From positions 2,852,001 to 2,916,000 of the forward strand of contig JBHGNT010000012.1 in assembly GCA_043228905.1 (NCBI GenBank): 64,000 nucleotides of DNA, written 5' to 3'. The notes under the pieces are model-generated. The model was not told the DNA's origin. It did no database searches and was given only the letters and a program-made list of their open reading frames with translations. The position numbers and the translations under genes are program-made. This DNA comes from Azolla caroliniana (Eukaryota > Plantae > Polypodiophyta). Positions 1 through 13,055 of the stretch are shown piece after piece; the first letter of the stretch is position 1, and the number at the start of each line of letters is the position of its first letter.

Positions 1-973
1 CTGCACAAAATGGGTGGAGGCCAAAGCACTACGCGACAACACCGCGACATCCACGACAACATTTTTATATGAATGCATCTGGTGCCGGTATGGATGTCCG
101 ATAGAGCTCATAAGTGACCAAGTAGTGGAAAGTTTGACGACATTTTATGTGGTGGTGCACAAACGGAGCACTCCCTATTATCCGCAAGCCAACGGATTAG
201 CTGAGTCAACAAATAAAACACTACAGAACATCCTACGAAAAATCATCAATGAGAACCAGATGGATTGGGATACGAAGCTACACAGTGCCCTCTGGGCCTA
301 CCGAACGGCATATAAGACAAGTATCCGCACAACACCGTTTCGCCTAGCATTCGGATTGGAAGCAGTGATGCCGGTAGAGTTCCAGGTACCGAGTTTACAA
401 ATACAGATTCAGGAACACCTAAATGAGAAGGAATCAGAAGCTATCCGGTTAGTTGCGCTGTGCGAATTGGAAGAACACCAGCTTGCTAGCATCATGCACC
501 TAGAACTAGAGCAACGGCGAAGGAAGGCGTTCGTGGATCGTCACCGGAAAGGGAACGAAAAGATGTTCGAAATCGGTAAACCGGTACTAGTATTCCAGAC
601 CCGGATGGGTAAGATGGCAGGAAAGCTACGGTTTCGGTGGACTGGACCATACTGGATTACGCGTGAGTTCAACGGTTCCTACCAATTAGGGACACTCGCC
701 GGTGAGGTTCTAGGTAAATGGGTAAATGGGTTCCAACTCAAACCATACAATGGACCCATGCCAAGAAACCCATTTGAACAAGTAAAGGCCGACACAAAAC
801 CGGACACCGGTAAGTCGGAAGAGACAGCCACACGTTCAGCAATCGGCAAGCGCGAAGCCGGTCAGAGGGAGCACGAGCTGGCAAACGACAACAATGATGC
901 AACGGCAAGCAGTCCAGCGGCCGGCAAGTTCCACAACCTGGATAGGGGTCCAGTGGGACCGGATGCGAATTAA
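1..973 (+). pseudogene. Ty3/Gypsy integrase, C-terminal part (element continues left of the window)
   Basis: ORF 14..973 has rve core motifs (YGCPIELISDQ, STPYYPQANGLAESTNKTL, ALWAYRTAYKT, TPFRLAFG) and the GPY module KLRFRWTGPY; no chromodomain. Confidence 0.9.
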
Positions 974-1139
974 CAAAACCATTTTTATCTTAAAAATAAA
1001 AATAAAAATAATAATAATAATAAAATCAAAGTAAATCATGCAAGGGCGAGGGTAACGGACACATGCAAGAACAAGGAGTGAACAAGCACTTTGAAAAGGT
1101 ACGAAGTGGGCTATTAATAGGGTATTAAACCACCGCCAC

Positions 1140-1955
1140 ATGGCACGACATTCTATTTTCATAAAGATAGTCAAGGAAATTGACACAGAGCTGATCACTG
1201 AGAAGGCCATCCATGCGTTGATTGGCCTTCCGGAAGGGGGCATCTTCACTATCGACCACCCTACCCCGGAGCAGCTCCGAAAATATTTTGGGGAATACTC
1301 TCTGGCCAGCAAGGCCTACCCGACACAAGGCTGCGAAGATCCACTCTTTCGAGAGATTGCCCGGGTGCTCCATGAATTTGGACATGTATACCCTCGACCC
1401 CCGTGCGTGCCTCAGAACCGGGCCAACTTAATCATAGCAACATCTGAAGGCATGAAGGTGGACTGGCTAGTACTGGTTGCGGATGGCCTCTATGCGGCCA
1501 TCGACTCTGTAAGAGGCAAGGAGGGTCGGAAGATGTGGACGGTAGTGGTGCAATGGCTCACCCTATTGGCGCCACCTATCGAGCCCGTCAAGACCACGAA
1601 GCGGGGGAGAACAACCGAAGGCCCCCCGAAAACGGCCTCGAAACGGCAATAGATATTGGCTTCTTAGGCAACCAAAGGGAAGGCAGCCGATACGGACCAG
1701 GCGGCAAAGGAGCGCGCCAATAGGAAGCGGCAGGCGGAAATGCAGGAGGAGCAACCGACACGACCAATCAAGATCAGGCTTCACCAACCGGCTCAACAAG
1801 CGCCAGACCCCTTGGCAGCGAAAATCAACATCGGGACTCAGGAGGAGGAACCTTTAGAGCACCTCCAGCGACGCCAGAAGGCAAGCACCTCTGAACAGGC
1901 CGGGGAGCGTTCGGACCCAAAGAAGGATGGAACGCTTGTACCTTGCACTGAGTAG
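1140..1955 (+). pseudogene. Additional ORF 3' of pol (Athila/Tat-type extra ORF), broken by two in-frame TAG stops
   Basis: ORFs 1140..1652 and 1740..1955 share one frame, separated only by TAG at 1650 and 1665 (likely CAG>TAG). It lies between integrase and the LTR. Confidence 0.6.
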
Positions 1956-2369
1956 CCCGCACCAAGGATGGAACCGGAACCGGTTCGGACAGAACCGGTC
2001 ACAGAGCTCCCTGCACAACAACCTCTACCGGGAATCGGTATGCCGATCCGGATCCGAACCTATTCCGAATAGGTGCCGGTTGGGACCGTTTTTTACGCAG
2101 CACCGGTGACCTATATAAAGGCCCAGTTACAATGTAAAACTTTAACGGAGAATTAATATAAGATTCTTGTTTTATCTTCACGTATTGATTACCATTCTAT
2201 ATTAATTGTTATATCTTACGCGTGTATTAAGGGAATGAGTTATTGCTAAGTAACCAATTAAGTCGGATTAATCGTTGTCTCTTAAGTTATCTTGCCGTAA
2301 CACCCCTTTGGTGAAGTGTCTTCCGGAGACACCCTGTGTTAGGCCATTGTCCGGCCCTAAGGATTAACA
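1937..2369 (+). repeat. Probable 3' LTR of the plus-strand Gypsy element
   Basis: TGT...ACA ends, purine-rich tract aaagaaggatgg just upstream, TATA-like ctatataaag at 2110. It abuts the interrupted LTR of another element. Confidence 0.55.
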
Positions 2370-3275
2370 GTTGGATTCGGGCGGGACCCCAAACGAGGAA
2401 CAAACTATTTGGGACCCAACGGGTGGGAAACCCTATACAAGAAGCGTGCCCTCCCTTTTATAGAACAAGGTGAGGGTCGCATGACTATGTGGGATAAATC
2501 CTGTGATACATGGGATCCTCCGTCCCGACTTTATTGCCGTTCGGCACCATAAAGGTGCCCCTATTCCCAATACAAGTTTTACAAGAGTGGGTGCACATGG
2601 TGGTGCGCCTTGCCAATTCCTCCAATATCTCCCGATTTCTCACCGTAGCCCAGAATCTTCACGACATCCGCCCCCACCAAACCGCACATCCACCGACATG
2701 TGCCAAATTCAGGGAAGGTGAAAGATTCTGGAATGTGAGGAACCGGTCTTCCGTAATCCGCACTCCGGCTGTCGCGTCGGCCTTCCCGGTTTGAACCGTC
2801 GGCTCCGGTTCTTCCTCACACTCGCCTCTCCGTAGGTTGTTCGACCCGTCCATAGGGCCTTGCCGCGATCCCTCCTGCACGCATGCTCCCTTGTTGGCCC
2901 TTCTCTCGACCTCCTACACACTTCCCGTTCCTCCGGATTATGCGGTGTCCTTCGTCCGAGGAGCACCCGTGATGGGCCGCTTAGCCTCCGTAGACCTTCG
3001 CATCGTCTTGGTTTCCGTCCCTTGTCGTCTGTCGCCTTCGTCCCCTCGCCGCCACCTTCCTTTGCCTTGGTCTTACGTTGCCACATTGGCTCGAATTGCC
3101 AAGGTCTCGGGATCCGGTGTGGAGGATCCCTCTTCGGCCTTCTATGCGAGATCACCTGAACCGACAACCATCCTTCGTGCCTGTACTCCTGCTTTGGAAC
3201 CTCAGTGTGCCATGCATCCCCTCCTCGTTGTTTGGCACCGCTCGTGCCGAACTCCGATTACTTCCCATGCATGTA

Positions 3276-3815
3276 TGTTGTGATATTTCGCGAGCGTGTG
3301 TAGGATCCAAGGCGGGACCACGAGGGTCTTGGACTAGGGAGTAGAGGAGAAGGAATAAGACCCAAAATGGAAGATTAGCTCAAGAGGAGAAGAGGAAGAA
3401 TGGCATATAAACATAGAGTAAACAACATGCTATATTAAGAGTTCACAAAGATTACAACCAAGGCCGCATAGGCCGCACCCCAAAACGACTACAAGAAAAC
3501 CCTAACCGGATAAGTAAGCAAAGAAGCATAGAAACCGTAAAGAAACCCAAGAAGAAAACCCTAGAAGAAACCCTAAAACTGAATAGAACCCCTCGACCTA
3601 AGTGGTATACCTCTCTCAATCAAAATAGGCAACCCCTTTACAAGAGACCCCTCCCTTCCTTTTATAGCCCAAGGAGGGAGGGACATTACAATGTGGGATA
3701 AATACTCCCCCTTATTCTATACACCGTTTTCCTACTATACATGTGCACATGTTGCACACCACCAACTTGCCCATTCCACCCCGGTTTCCCACTATAGCTG
3801 GAAATCTTCACGACA
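3276..3815 (-). mobile_element. Solo LTR related to LTR 14164-14955
   Basis: Starts tgttgtgatatttcgcgag (compare tgtcgcgatattccgcgag at 14164) and ends cttcacgaca. Flanks atgta/acgcg are compatible with a CpG-decayed TSD. Confidence 0.8.
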
Positions 3816-5451
3816 ACGCGTCGTCGACCCTTGCCTTTTCGCATGCCGGTATCCTCCGTGCTCGAGGATCACCCTGTAGTAGCCCGCTTGGCCACTTTTC
3901 GTTGTGCGCTGCCGTAGTTGGATCGGTGCCATTCGCTCGCCGTCGTCCCCTCGCCCCCACCAGGTTGATTTCTCGGCCTGGTTGCCACGCCAGTCGTTGC
4001 CACTCCAACTAAGCCGATGATATCTCTGAAGCAGGTGTGGAGGATCCTTCTCTAACCTTTATACCGTTTCCGGCTACCGACCCGTGCAGTCTACTCTGTG
4101 CCCGGTTCCCTCGTTCTCGGCACCACTGTGTGCCGTCCTCTATTGTCCTTGTTCGGCACCGCCTGTGCCGAACACCGTCCCGTGATCGTGCTTCGAACCG
4201 GCCCTCGGTGGCCCTATGCACGTCTCTTGTTCCGCTTTGGGTGCACCATCCCGGCTCAGCACAATGCTCCTTGCTTGCCCTTACCGGCTACTTCCGAAAC
4301 TGTAACCGGCCAGCTGGTAAGGGTTCGCCTCATTGTCCACTCTTCCGCGTTGCCGGGTCCTGTTTCTTGCCACCTCCGTCCTTCTCACTGGGTCTCATGC
4401 TACCACATCAGCTTGAGCTGCCGGTGTCTTCGGATCGGTGTGAGGATCCCATAGGACCGGCCTTCCTTTTCTTCTTCTTCCTCTTCTTCTTCTTCCTCAT
4501 TCCATCGACCTTGCCGGAAGGTCTGGTTTTGGTTTGTGGCCGCCTCGCCGGCCCGATACCTCCGATCACGTTCACCTACCTTTGTCATTCGATCACGTTC
4601 ACCTACCGCCACCGGACTCACGTTCCTATAGGACTCACGCTGGCACTTGGGCCGACCGCCGGATAGGTGTGAGGATCTCTTGGGACCTCCCTCTTTGCCA
4701 TCTTGGTTGCCCACCTTGCCGTCGCCACCGTTCTTCCCTCTAGGTCTCACGCCGGCTCTCGGGTTGACTGTCGGAGTATCTAGAACCGATGTGTGTAAGG
4801 TCGTAGCAGCACCGCTTCCCGTTTTCCTCTCGTCGTAGTCCGACCTCCTAGTCGGCATCTTCTGCTGGTCACGTTCACCTGCCGCCACGGCCCCTTCCTA
4901 TAGGACTCATGCCGGCACTCAGGCCGACCGCAAGTTCAGTGTGAGGATCTTCGTAGACCGCCCATCCGCAGTCCCTTGCCTTCGTCCCCTCGCCGCCACT
5001 GTTCGTCACTCTAGGTCTAATCGTATCTAGAACCGGTGTGAAGGATTCTCCTCGGGCTCATCGTATCTCGAACCCTTATCCCGGGTTGTCTTTCTCCGCA
5101 AGTCAAGAGGGTGGCTCGTCCACACCCTCTCCCGTGGTACTGACGTACCGTGTTCCCGGCCTCTTCGTAGGCTTGATCTCTCCTCTCTTCCGATATCACA
5201 CGAGCCAGTCCGCTCCGCCCGGTTCTCGTCCGGGTCCGTCCGTCATTCTTTGGATTGTCGAGTCCCGTTCTCTTGCCGCCACCGTCAGTATCTTGGTCTT
5301 ACGTAGAATCTAATGCCAACCACTAGAGTCTCTAGCCCGGTGTGAGGTGACCCATAGGACTGGTCTTCGCTCTCCACTTCGTCCCTTGTACTTCTCCTGA
5401 ACTCGTCATCGCTCTCCTTGCTATGCTCCCACCTCCATCTCCCTTCTCTTT

Positions 5452-6207
5452 TGTCGGGAACTCGCCGTTCCTTATGTCCAACGCTCGGCCACAACCAAGA
5501 TTCTTTTCATACACAGAAAAAACAGGAAATAAACACGACACAAATAGGAGAAATGGTACACAGGAGGTTAACGTGGAAAACCCCAACCTAGGGGAAAAAC
5601 CACGGCAGCCCACAGGCTGCAAACTATCACTATGTAGGAATATACAACAGTGAGTTCACTGAGGCAACGACCTCGTGCTCACGGATCTTCGCCACAGGCG
5701 GCGGTTACAACAGAGGCAACGACCTCGTCTCTCTCTCTCACTCTCTCTGTACAGTTACAGACTATCTCTTCTTCTTGCACCAACAAGAAGATCAACAACA
5801 ACATAATTAGTTTTGCCCTAAGTCATATTTATACTAATATGACTTTTCGGCTATTTACAAATATAGCCACAATGGGCTCTCAGAAACATATTTACGAATA
5901 TGTCTCTTCCTCCGGTTCATACCGGGTCTGCACCATCCGGCTCTCCGTAGCCGGGTACTCCTCATCCGGTTTGTACCGGGCCTGCACCATCCGGCTCTCC
6001 GTAGCCGGGTACTCCTCATACCGTTTCATACCGGGCCTGCACCATCCGGCTCTTCGTAGCCGGGTACTCCTCATCCGGTTCGTACCGGGCCTGCACCATC
6101 CGGCTCTCCGTAGCCGGGTACTCCTCATACCGTTTCCCATCCAGAGGGAGTTTGTTCGTCGGCACTGTTCTTCTCCCTTCCCATCCGGAGGGACTTGTCT
6201 CCCAACA
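5452..6207 (-). mobile_element. Copia solo LTR, same family as the 15893-26767 LTRs, inverted
   Basis: Reverse-complement similarity to 15893-16593, TG...CA ends, perfect 5-bp TSD TCTTT (5447-5451 and 6208-6212), four copies of the ccatccggctctccgtagccgggtactcctcat U3 repeat. Confidence 0.9.
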
Positions 6208-6814
6208 TCTTTCAATCTCACGTTGCCACGCCGGCTGAACTGCCGAAGTCTCTGGTCAAGATGTGGGTACACCGATTTCGTAACGACTCCCGACGACTCA
6301 TTCGGGGCCACCAACCCTTTTAGTGGTGTCGGTGGAAAGCATCCGTTCTATGATTGATCAAGCCCCGCCTGGGCTTGATTCTCCAATGTCCGGAGTTTCG
6401 GCTCCGATGCCGATCCTGCCGGACTTGTTCCATACCCTCGGTCATCTTCCTTTTGATTCCCGACCTTCGCCCGGTTGGTCTTTCTCCCCATGTAAAAGAG
6501 GGTGGCTCGTCTCGGCACCGTCGTGCCCTGCTTGGACTCCGGCTCGACCACATCCACCTCGTCCGTGCGGCCCCTTCCCGTTGTGATGTCGTGTTGTCGC
6601 ACGCCACCTTCGTTTCACTTGTGGGTGACCACGCTCTGTGAGCTGCTCGGAGCTCCTCCGTTTTATGTTGGACAGTCGAGCCTTCAGCGAAACTCGTGGG
6701 ACTCGGTCCCCACTGTAACGGTCAACTTCTTCGACCTCGCCCATCTCGATGTGCCACTTCTCGACTCTCCTTCTCGAAGTCTTCGGCCTCGAACTCCATC
6801 CTCCCTCGCCGGCC

Positions 6815-6832
6815 TTCACGTCGGGTTCACCA
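6815..6832 (-). promoter_or_regulatory. Primer-binding site complementary to cytosolic tRNA-Trp
   Basis: The plus strand ttcacgtcgggttcacca matches the 3' 18 nt of plant tRNA-Trp(CCA) as recalled; it lies 4 nt from the LTR edge at 6837. Confidence 0.85.
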
Positions 6833-7906
6833 AAGATGTCGCGGCAATCTGCGCTTGCATGTCGGATCCAGACGGGACCACTAGGGTCATGGACCAGGAG
6901 AGGAGGAGCTTCTGAAAACTGGAAACCTTCGGAGCTTGCCGCGTTGCCGGCCGGTCCGGACCCGTGTGGTTTCCGGGGAGGACTGATCCAGCCGGTTCCG
7001 GATGCTTTCCGGATGCTTTCTGGAAGCGGCCCGTAACTGCATGGAGAGAGAGATCGCACACACTTGTCCGCTCGGCCCTTCTGCCCATATGTACAAGGGC
7101 CTCAAAAGAAGCACGGGCCACGACCCGGTTCACCGCACCCGCACACACGCACCCACACATATATACACCGGTTATGATTGGCACTCCTAACCGGTTAACT
7201 ACACATGCACCCGCACTCAAGACCCCTAACATATACGCTGCCTCCCGGGGACACACACACGCGCGCATGCATACACGCCGACTCCCCACAGACCCTAACG
7301 ACGACCTCTCATCGCCAAGCCACTAGTCGGGAGCACATGGGCTCACCACACGAATGGGGCGTTGCACGACAGAGAGGGGAACCTGACGCTGACCCTTCAA
7401 GCACACGGGCTTGTCTCGAACAACAACACCGCGGAGACAGCTGAGGCACTCAGACAAAGATGTGGGGAGGAGAAGCAAAACATAGACAGAGAAAGACAAA
7501 AGACAGTCCGCGCTCTGCCACAGACGGACCCACACACACACAACAACAAAACCCTAATAGAAACAAAAATACCTTCTCGAAGATCAAAATAGAAACAACT
7601 TGTATTGACTAGGAAAAAAAATGGAACCTCAAACGAGGAACAGACTATTTGGGACCCAACGGGTGGGAAACCCTATACAAGAAGCGTGCCCTCCCTTTTA
7701 TAGAACAAGGCGAGGGTCGCGTGACTATGTGGGATAAATCCTGTGATACATGGGATCCTCCGTCCCGACTTTATTGCCGTTCGGCACCATAAAGGTGCCC
7801 CTATTCCCAATACAAGTTTTACAAGAGTGGGTGCACATGGTGGTGCGCCTTGCCAATTCCTCCAATATCTCCCGATTTCTCACCGTAGCCCAAAATCTTC
7901 ACGACA

Positions 7907-10010
7907 CCAGTTCGAGGGACTGGTCCCTCTGGCCTTTCCGGCCCACTTATCTTCCACCAGAACCTCATAGTTCTGGCACGTGGTTTCCACGAAGCCGTTT
8001 TTCTCTTCTACCGAATCGTCCCATCCGGTGCCCTCTTGGACCCGCTTCTCCGCACGGTCTGCTTCTTCCTTTCTTAGCCTCACCCCGGACACACCCTCTA
8101 GCACAAGTGGTTAGAGTTCGGTTTTGCTTCCGGATCTGATGCCTTTCTCTCCTCCAACCTGGATCCCTGCCGACACCGAGTAGTGGATGTCCTCGGCGTT
8201 CCAGGTCGCGGCTTCCTCCATTATCCTTTTCATCAGCCCCGCCGATATTTACCTCTAAGGCCCTCCTCCGTAAGTCATTGGCATGCACCCGACCATTCAA
8301 GAGGTACACTACATTACTCTTAAGTGCCTCGGCGAAATCGGAATAGTCCCTCCAGACATGGCCGACATCATCACACCACATACACCTCTGGTCGAACGAA
8401 GGCCTCCGGTCGCGCGATTGGCCCCCACCGTCCCTCCGAGCTTGCACAATCTAGAGATCGCACACCATCTTGGTCAGCTCCTCAAGAGTTGCACCCCCGG
8501 ATGGTCCTACTACCATGTTGGTCGGCGTCGTGCCCAACTCAAGCCACCGTCTTGTTTCGTCTATTCTTGTCGGAACAGGTTCCTCCGGTTTCCTCCCCGC
8601 ACACGAGCCAGTCGTCGATGACCCTGAGTCGTTCCTATCACGTCATTTGTCGAAACAATTGCAAACACTTTTAACCACTTCCCAGTCAACCATGACGCCC
8701 TCGTCTGTCTCCAAGAGGAGACCCACCTTTTCGCAATCGAGCAAGTTGACCGACTTCACAAACAGCAGAACTTTGGTTGTGTCGAGCACGGTCTGGTCTA
8801 GTGTCGAGAGCGGTGTGAACTGCCTTTCGAACTCCTGAAGCAGTGCCAACATACTCTGTCCCTTGCCGAGGGTCTCGACTCAATCCTTAAATTCATTCTT
8901 CGACAACCGGAGCGAGTTGGCGGAGCCGTACCTCTCGAGGATCCACCCCTCGAATTTTGCCCAGGTACGACAATCTGTTTGCACCTCGAGCACTTCGGTG
9001 TGGATGCTCGGCGTAACAACTCGAGGGAATCCGGCTAGCCGTCTGTCCTCCACAATATCCCTCATCATCATTTTGGCCCGGTAGGCCTCTAGGTAGCTTG
9101 TTGCGTCTTTGCCATTGAATCGGCCAATTGCACCAACTATTGCCTCTATGGCTCTATCAAGGGTACCTATACCCTCCCTTGCGTTTACTATACGGTCAAC
9201 GGTTGTCGTCATCGCCTCTGCTAGTTCGCCTCTCATTTCGAACTCCTCTGTTGCCCCCTTTCATGGCGGGTTCATCAAAGATGTCGCAGTTTTCCGCGTG
9301 GATGCGTGGAAATGGGGGCGGGACCACCAAGGTCTCGGACCAAAGAGCCGGTAAGGGAGAAAGGTTGTTCGGATCGGTTAGCAAGCACGAGTCCGAACCG
9401 GATCGGTTCCCAGATGCAAGACAGTTACCACACGAAATCGGAGACGGGTATTGTTACCGGATCAGTTAGTGCGTAGGCCTGAAGAAGTGTATTGTTATGA
9501 TCATGATGCCAGACAACAACAATGAGCTCACAAGCTCACGGACTCGGACGCACGCACAACAAAAATAGAACGGGAATAAGAATACGATCTCTTGTCATAG
9601 CCAACCGCAGCAAGTAGAAACCCTGCGGGAATACCCAAACACAAGAAGAGACACATCAAGAAACTAATGATTAACAGAGAACGAAAGAATACAACCGGAC
9701 TTGGCCAGCAATGGTGCTTCCAACTACGACCACCACAAACACACACAGAATGATGAACCTCTGGTCGAGAGCTCCCGGGCTTCGCTTCACCTTCTTTCCC
9801 GGATCAGCATGGTACACAAAACAGAGAGTGAGAGGTAGAGAAAGAGAGAAAGAGAGAGAGAGAGAGGGAGAGAGGGAGAGAGGGAGAGAGCTCGACACTC
9901 AAACCGATAGCACTTCGTCCTCCCAAAATCTCGATCCTAATATAGGCGCAAGCCTCCCCTTTTATAGCACAAGGGGAGACCGTTACATCATGGTCAATGT
10001 CAAAGATCTC
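7907..10010 (-). mobile_element. Truncated Gypsy element: degenerate gag (7907-9240), decayed Trp PBS (9260-9277), partial 5' LTR from 9282
   Basis: Gag fragments (IGRFNGKDATSYLEAY, KVLLFVKSV, RCMWCDDVGH) resemble the gag at 32300-34130. ttcatggcgggttcatca-aaga-tgtcgc has the same PBS/LTR layout as 6815-6837. Confidence 0.75.
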
Positions 10011-10035
10011 CCCCCTCCCCCCCCCCCCCCCCCCC

Positions 10036-10450
10036 ATACTAGAACTCCATGTGAATGACTTGTTCTTTCGTGTCAGCTCTGTGAGAGGCATCACGATGTT
10101 CGAATAATTCTTGATAAATTTGCGGTAAAAATTTGCAAATCCTAAGAAACACTAAACATCACGTATTGAGTGAGGTGTTTGCAAGTTTAGAATCATTTGT
10201 TCAAATATGGGGAATCCAACCCACCGTAAGTGTTCACACTATAAGGTGCACTTGGTTGATGGAAGAGTACAATACATCAACAAGGTGATTCATTCATTAG
10301 GAATTTCTATTTATACTTATATAGAGGAAGTAGACTTCCATGTAGTGAATCTTTGTACCACTGATGTAATATTGGGTTATCCTTGGTTTTATAATAAAAA
10401 TTCTTCTTATTTATTGATTGGGTTCACCATTCCATTACGTTTGTATTGAA
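10036..10450. pseudogene. Fragments of Gypsy RT (minus, about 10036-10205) and aspartic protease (plus, about 10210-10450)
   Basis: Minus: [16 protein letters not shown] and [14 protein letters not shown]. Plus: VDFHVVNLCTTDVILGYPWF. Confidence 0.6.
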
Positions 10451-10699
10451 CGATTGTACTGATTAACACCGAGTCATTTGAAACATGTAATATGTCGCAA
10501 TTTAAGAACAGTCCGTCCAAAAAAAGCACAAAGTAGGTCATTTCACAAAAAGGACCATCGCATGCGTAAAGGGTTTTGGAAATTGAATCAAAATATATTG
10601 ATTTATACCATCTCCAAAAATTTAGGGCTTTCAAAAAATGCCCCTAATAATCGACACATGAAATTTACAAGAGAATGTACAAATATTACAAAATGACTA

Positions 10700-11745
10700 A
10701 CATGTATATTTATACATATTTGTGAATTGCCATATTGATGTAACATACAATATTTACATTTCCTATATGAGATCCATCACTTCCCAGAGATATGCCTTCC
10801 CCTTCAGACCCACCCGATGAACTAGAAGAGCTTTGTGAGGTTTCATCCTCATCATGAGTAGCAACCAATGCATTGTCTTCATCCAATTGCAATCCAACGT
10901 CACCATGATTATGAGACATACTCCTTGTTCGTCTCTGTGTTGCGTCAACAGGCACATCTGGGATCTTCTCTTTTATTATCTTTATTGTAGTCTATCTTAG
11001 ATTGTCTATTTTGGTCAAGGAGAAGTCATACACGAGTATGTCGACATTATCAAGTGCTAGAGTAGACATGCTTGGTAGATTCTTTCTTCTTTGCTTTCTA
11101 CTTGTGCCTTCGACATCCTCAACCATCTCTAAAGAGTACTTCCCAGTAAATGCATCTTTGGAAGAGGTATGATACCAATGAACCATAATAGACTTTACTT
11201 GATTGCCTTCATCATCCTTAATAATTTCAATGATTTTGGCAATCCAGAAGGGATGGCCCAACTTATCACCCCCAGCTAATGTTGCAACCAACATACCAAC
11301 TTGTAGCACATGTAGATTGCCTTGCCACCTTGCCCCCGCAACATGTGATAATCTTGGTCCCACCTAAATATCTCTTTGTGGTGGATGAACCAGATTATTC
11401 AATTCAAGTTTATCTAGTGGTTGTAAAGGAGACGTGCTTGCCATTGATGGGCCACCAAGCGCCCATTAGAATTGATTTTGTAGTGGCCAGTACCCTGTAA
11501 AGTGGTTATCTAATATTGTATGTTGATGATTAAAGAAGACATCCCACCAATCCACATCCTGATCACCAACATACTTTTTGGTTCGTTCAATATTTTTTTG
11601 TTTTTCCTCAAGGCACCGCATCCAATATATCTTTTGCTCTTCGATTGAACTACCAACAACCAATCTTTTATGGTTGTCATAGGACATTTGCTCAGCACCA
11701 TAGATTATTGCATCTGGGAAATGCAATAAGAGCCTACATCCGTCT
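10700..11745 (-). pseudogene. Degenerate non-retroviral ORF fragment, probably from a DNA transposon
   Basis: Colinear fragments (KWEPQDGCRLLLHFPD; GMLVATLAGGDKLGHPFWIAKIIEI...IMVHWYH) followed by an acidic/Ser-rich tail. No gag/pol motifs. Confidence 0.4.
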
Positions 11746-12770
11746 TGAGGCTCCCATTTCATGTATAAGTCGAATACGACTCGAAGGGTACACAGACGCA
11801 GACTGGGCAGGATACAAAGCAGATAGACGATCCACATCCGGATTCTTCTTCTCTCTTGGTAGCGGAGTGATCTCCTTGAGAAGTAAGAAGCAGCGAACAA
11901 TCACACTGTTGAGCACGGAAGCCGAATACAAGGGCGTGGTCGTCTCCGCATGCAAAGTTGTATGGCTCAAGCCTATACTAAAGGAGTTGGGCGTACTCAT
12001 CAAAGATCCAATTCATCTATATTGCGACAACATGAGTAGTATCTACCTGGCACAGAACCTCATATTCCACGCGCGGACTAAGCACATCGAAGTGCACTAT
12101 CATTTCATCCACAAATGCGTACAAGCCGTAGATATCGATTTACAACATCTCAATAAGCACCTACAGGTAACCAACATTTTCACGAAAGGCCTTGGTGTCG
12201 ACAAGCTCCGGCAGTTCTCATCAAACCTTGGTCTATATCTCTTCCAGACCAACCGAGCTTGAGGGGGAGTACAAAATAGTGACAGTGAACCGATTGATTG
12301 ATCGAAGCCAAACAAGGAGTATGCAACCAAAAAGCCGAACAATCAAAGTTCGAAGCGTTCCGAAGTACGAACCAAACAACGTACGCACGATATGCAAGTA
12401 CGTAATACGCAGTTGATCGAAGCCGACAAGACGAGTCGAAGTACGAACCGAACAACCTTTCGATAGATAGAAGTTGTGTTCAAAGGGGCGTGTTGAGAGT
12501 CAAACTCAACTTCCCTTAGTAATAGGTTTCACACTAGCTCATGGACATACCAGGCTAGTTTTGTAAATTGTAGAAAGGGCACTTGCCCTAGCTTAGTTGG
12601 TATTTAAACCAACCCTTTGTAACTTTGTTACTATGGGATGTAATACATAGTTATCTCTGTCTTAAGCTCTCTCTTACTCTCTCTCTCTCTTTGTTTTGCC
12701 TCACGTACACACGCACACACACACTCAATTATCTTCCGTTGCATTAGACCACTTGCTCCATTTTTACTGT
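11745..12770 (+). mobile_element. Copia 3' end: RNase H, PPT and partial LTR (from about 12491)
   Basis: GYTDADWAG..RRSTSG, STEAEY, YCDNMS, HARTKHIEVHYHF; ttgagggggag after the stop; aaggggcg followed by TGTTGAGAG at 12491. Confidence 0.85.
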
Positions 12771-13055
12771 TCGAATGTACTTGGCAACTTTCGCATGTGG
12801 ACATGAAATGTATGACATCTTTGTACATGCTTGGACACTAGTACTTCTCCTTCAACTTTTCGAACGTCACCCATGTTCCTCTATGACTTCCCAAGGCCTC
12901 TCGTGAAATTCAAACATTAGGATCATTTGGCCTTCTCTCTTCACCACTACTTGATTTGGCATCCTTGTCCTTCTCTTCGGGTGCCGCCAAAGGAATCCCC
13001 CCTTTAGAAAGTACTGGTAAGTTTTCTTCCTGATTCAAATGTACTTGGCAACTTT

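Larger units (their letters stand above)
2370..7906 (-). mobile_element. Non-autonomous (LARD-like) Gypsy-type LTR element with tRNA-Trp PBS; 3' LTR interrupted at its left end
   Basis: 2391-2666 is near-identical to 7631-7906, both ending acgaca. PPT (reverse) tccgccccca at 2667. PBS at 6815-6832, 5' LTR 6837-7906 (TGTCG...CGACA). The internal region has only degenerate gag-like sequence. Confidence 0.8.

Noticed and set aside
5910-6135. CRISPR-like repeat array (also 36723-36903)
   Set aside because: Eukaryotic context, no unique spacers, no cas genes. These are LTR tandem repeats or a minisatellite.
2503-7592. Many overlapping 60-235 aa ORFs as host genes
   Set aside because: GC-rich LTR and internal sequence with no domain motifs; they lie within defined elements.
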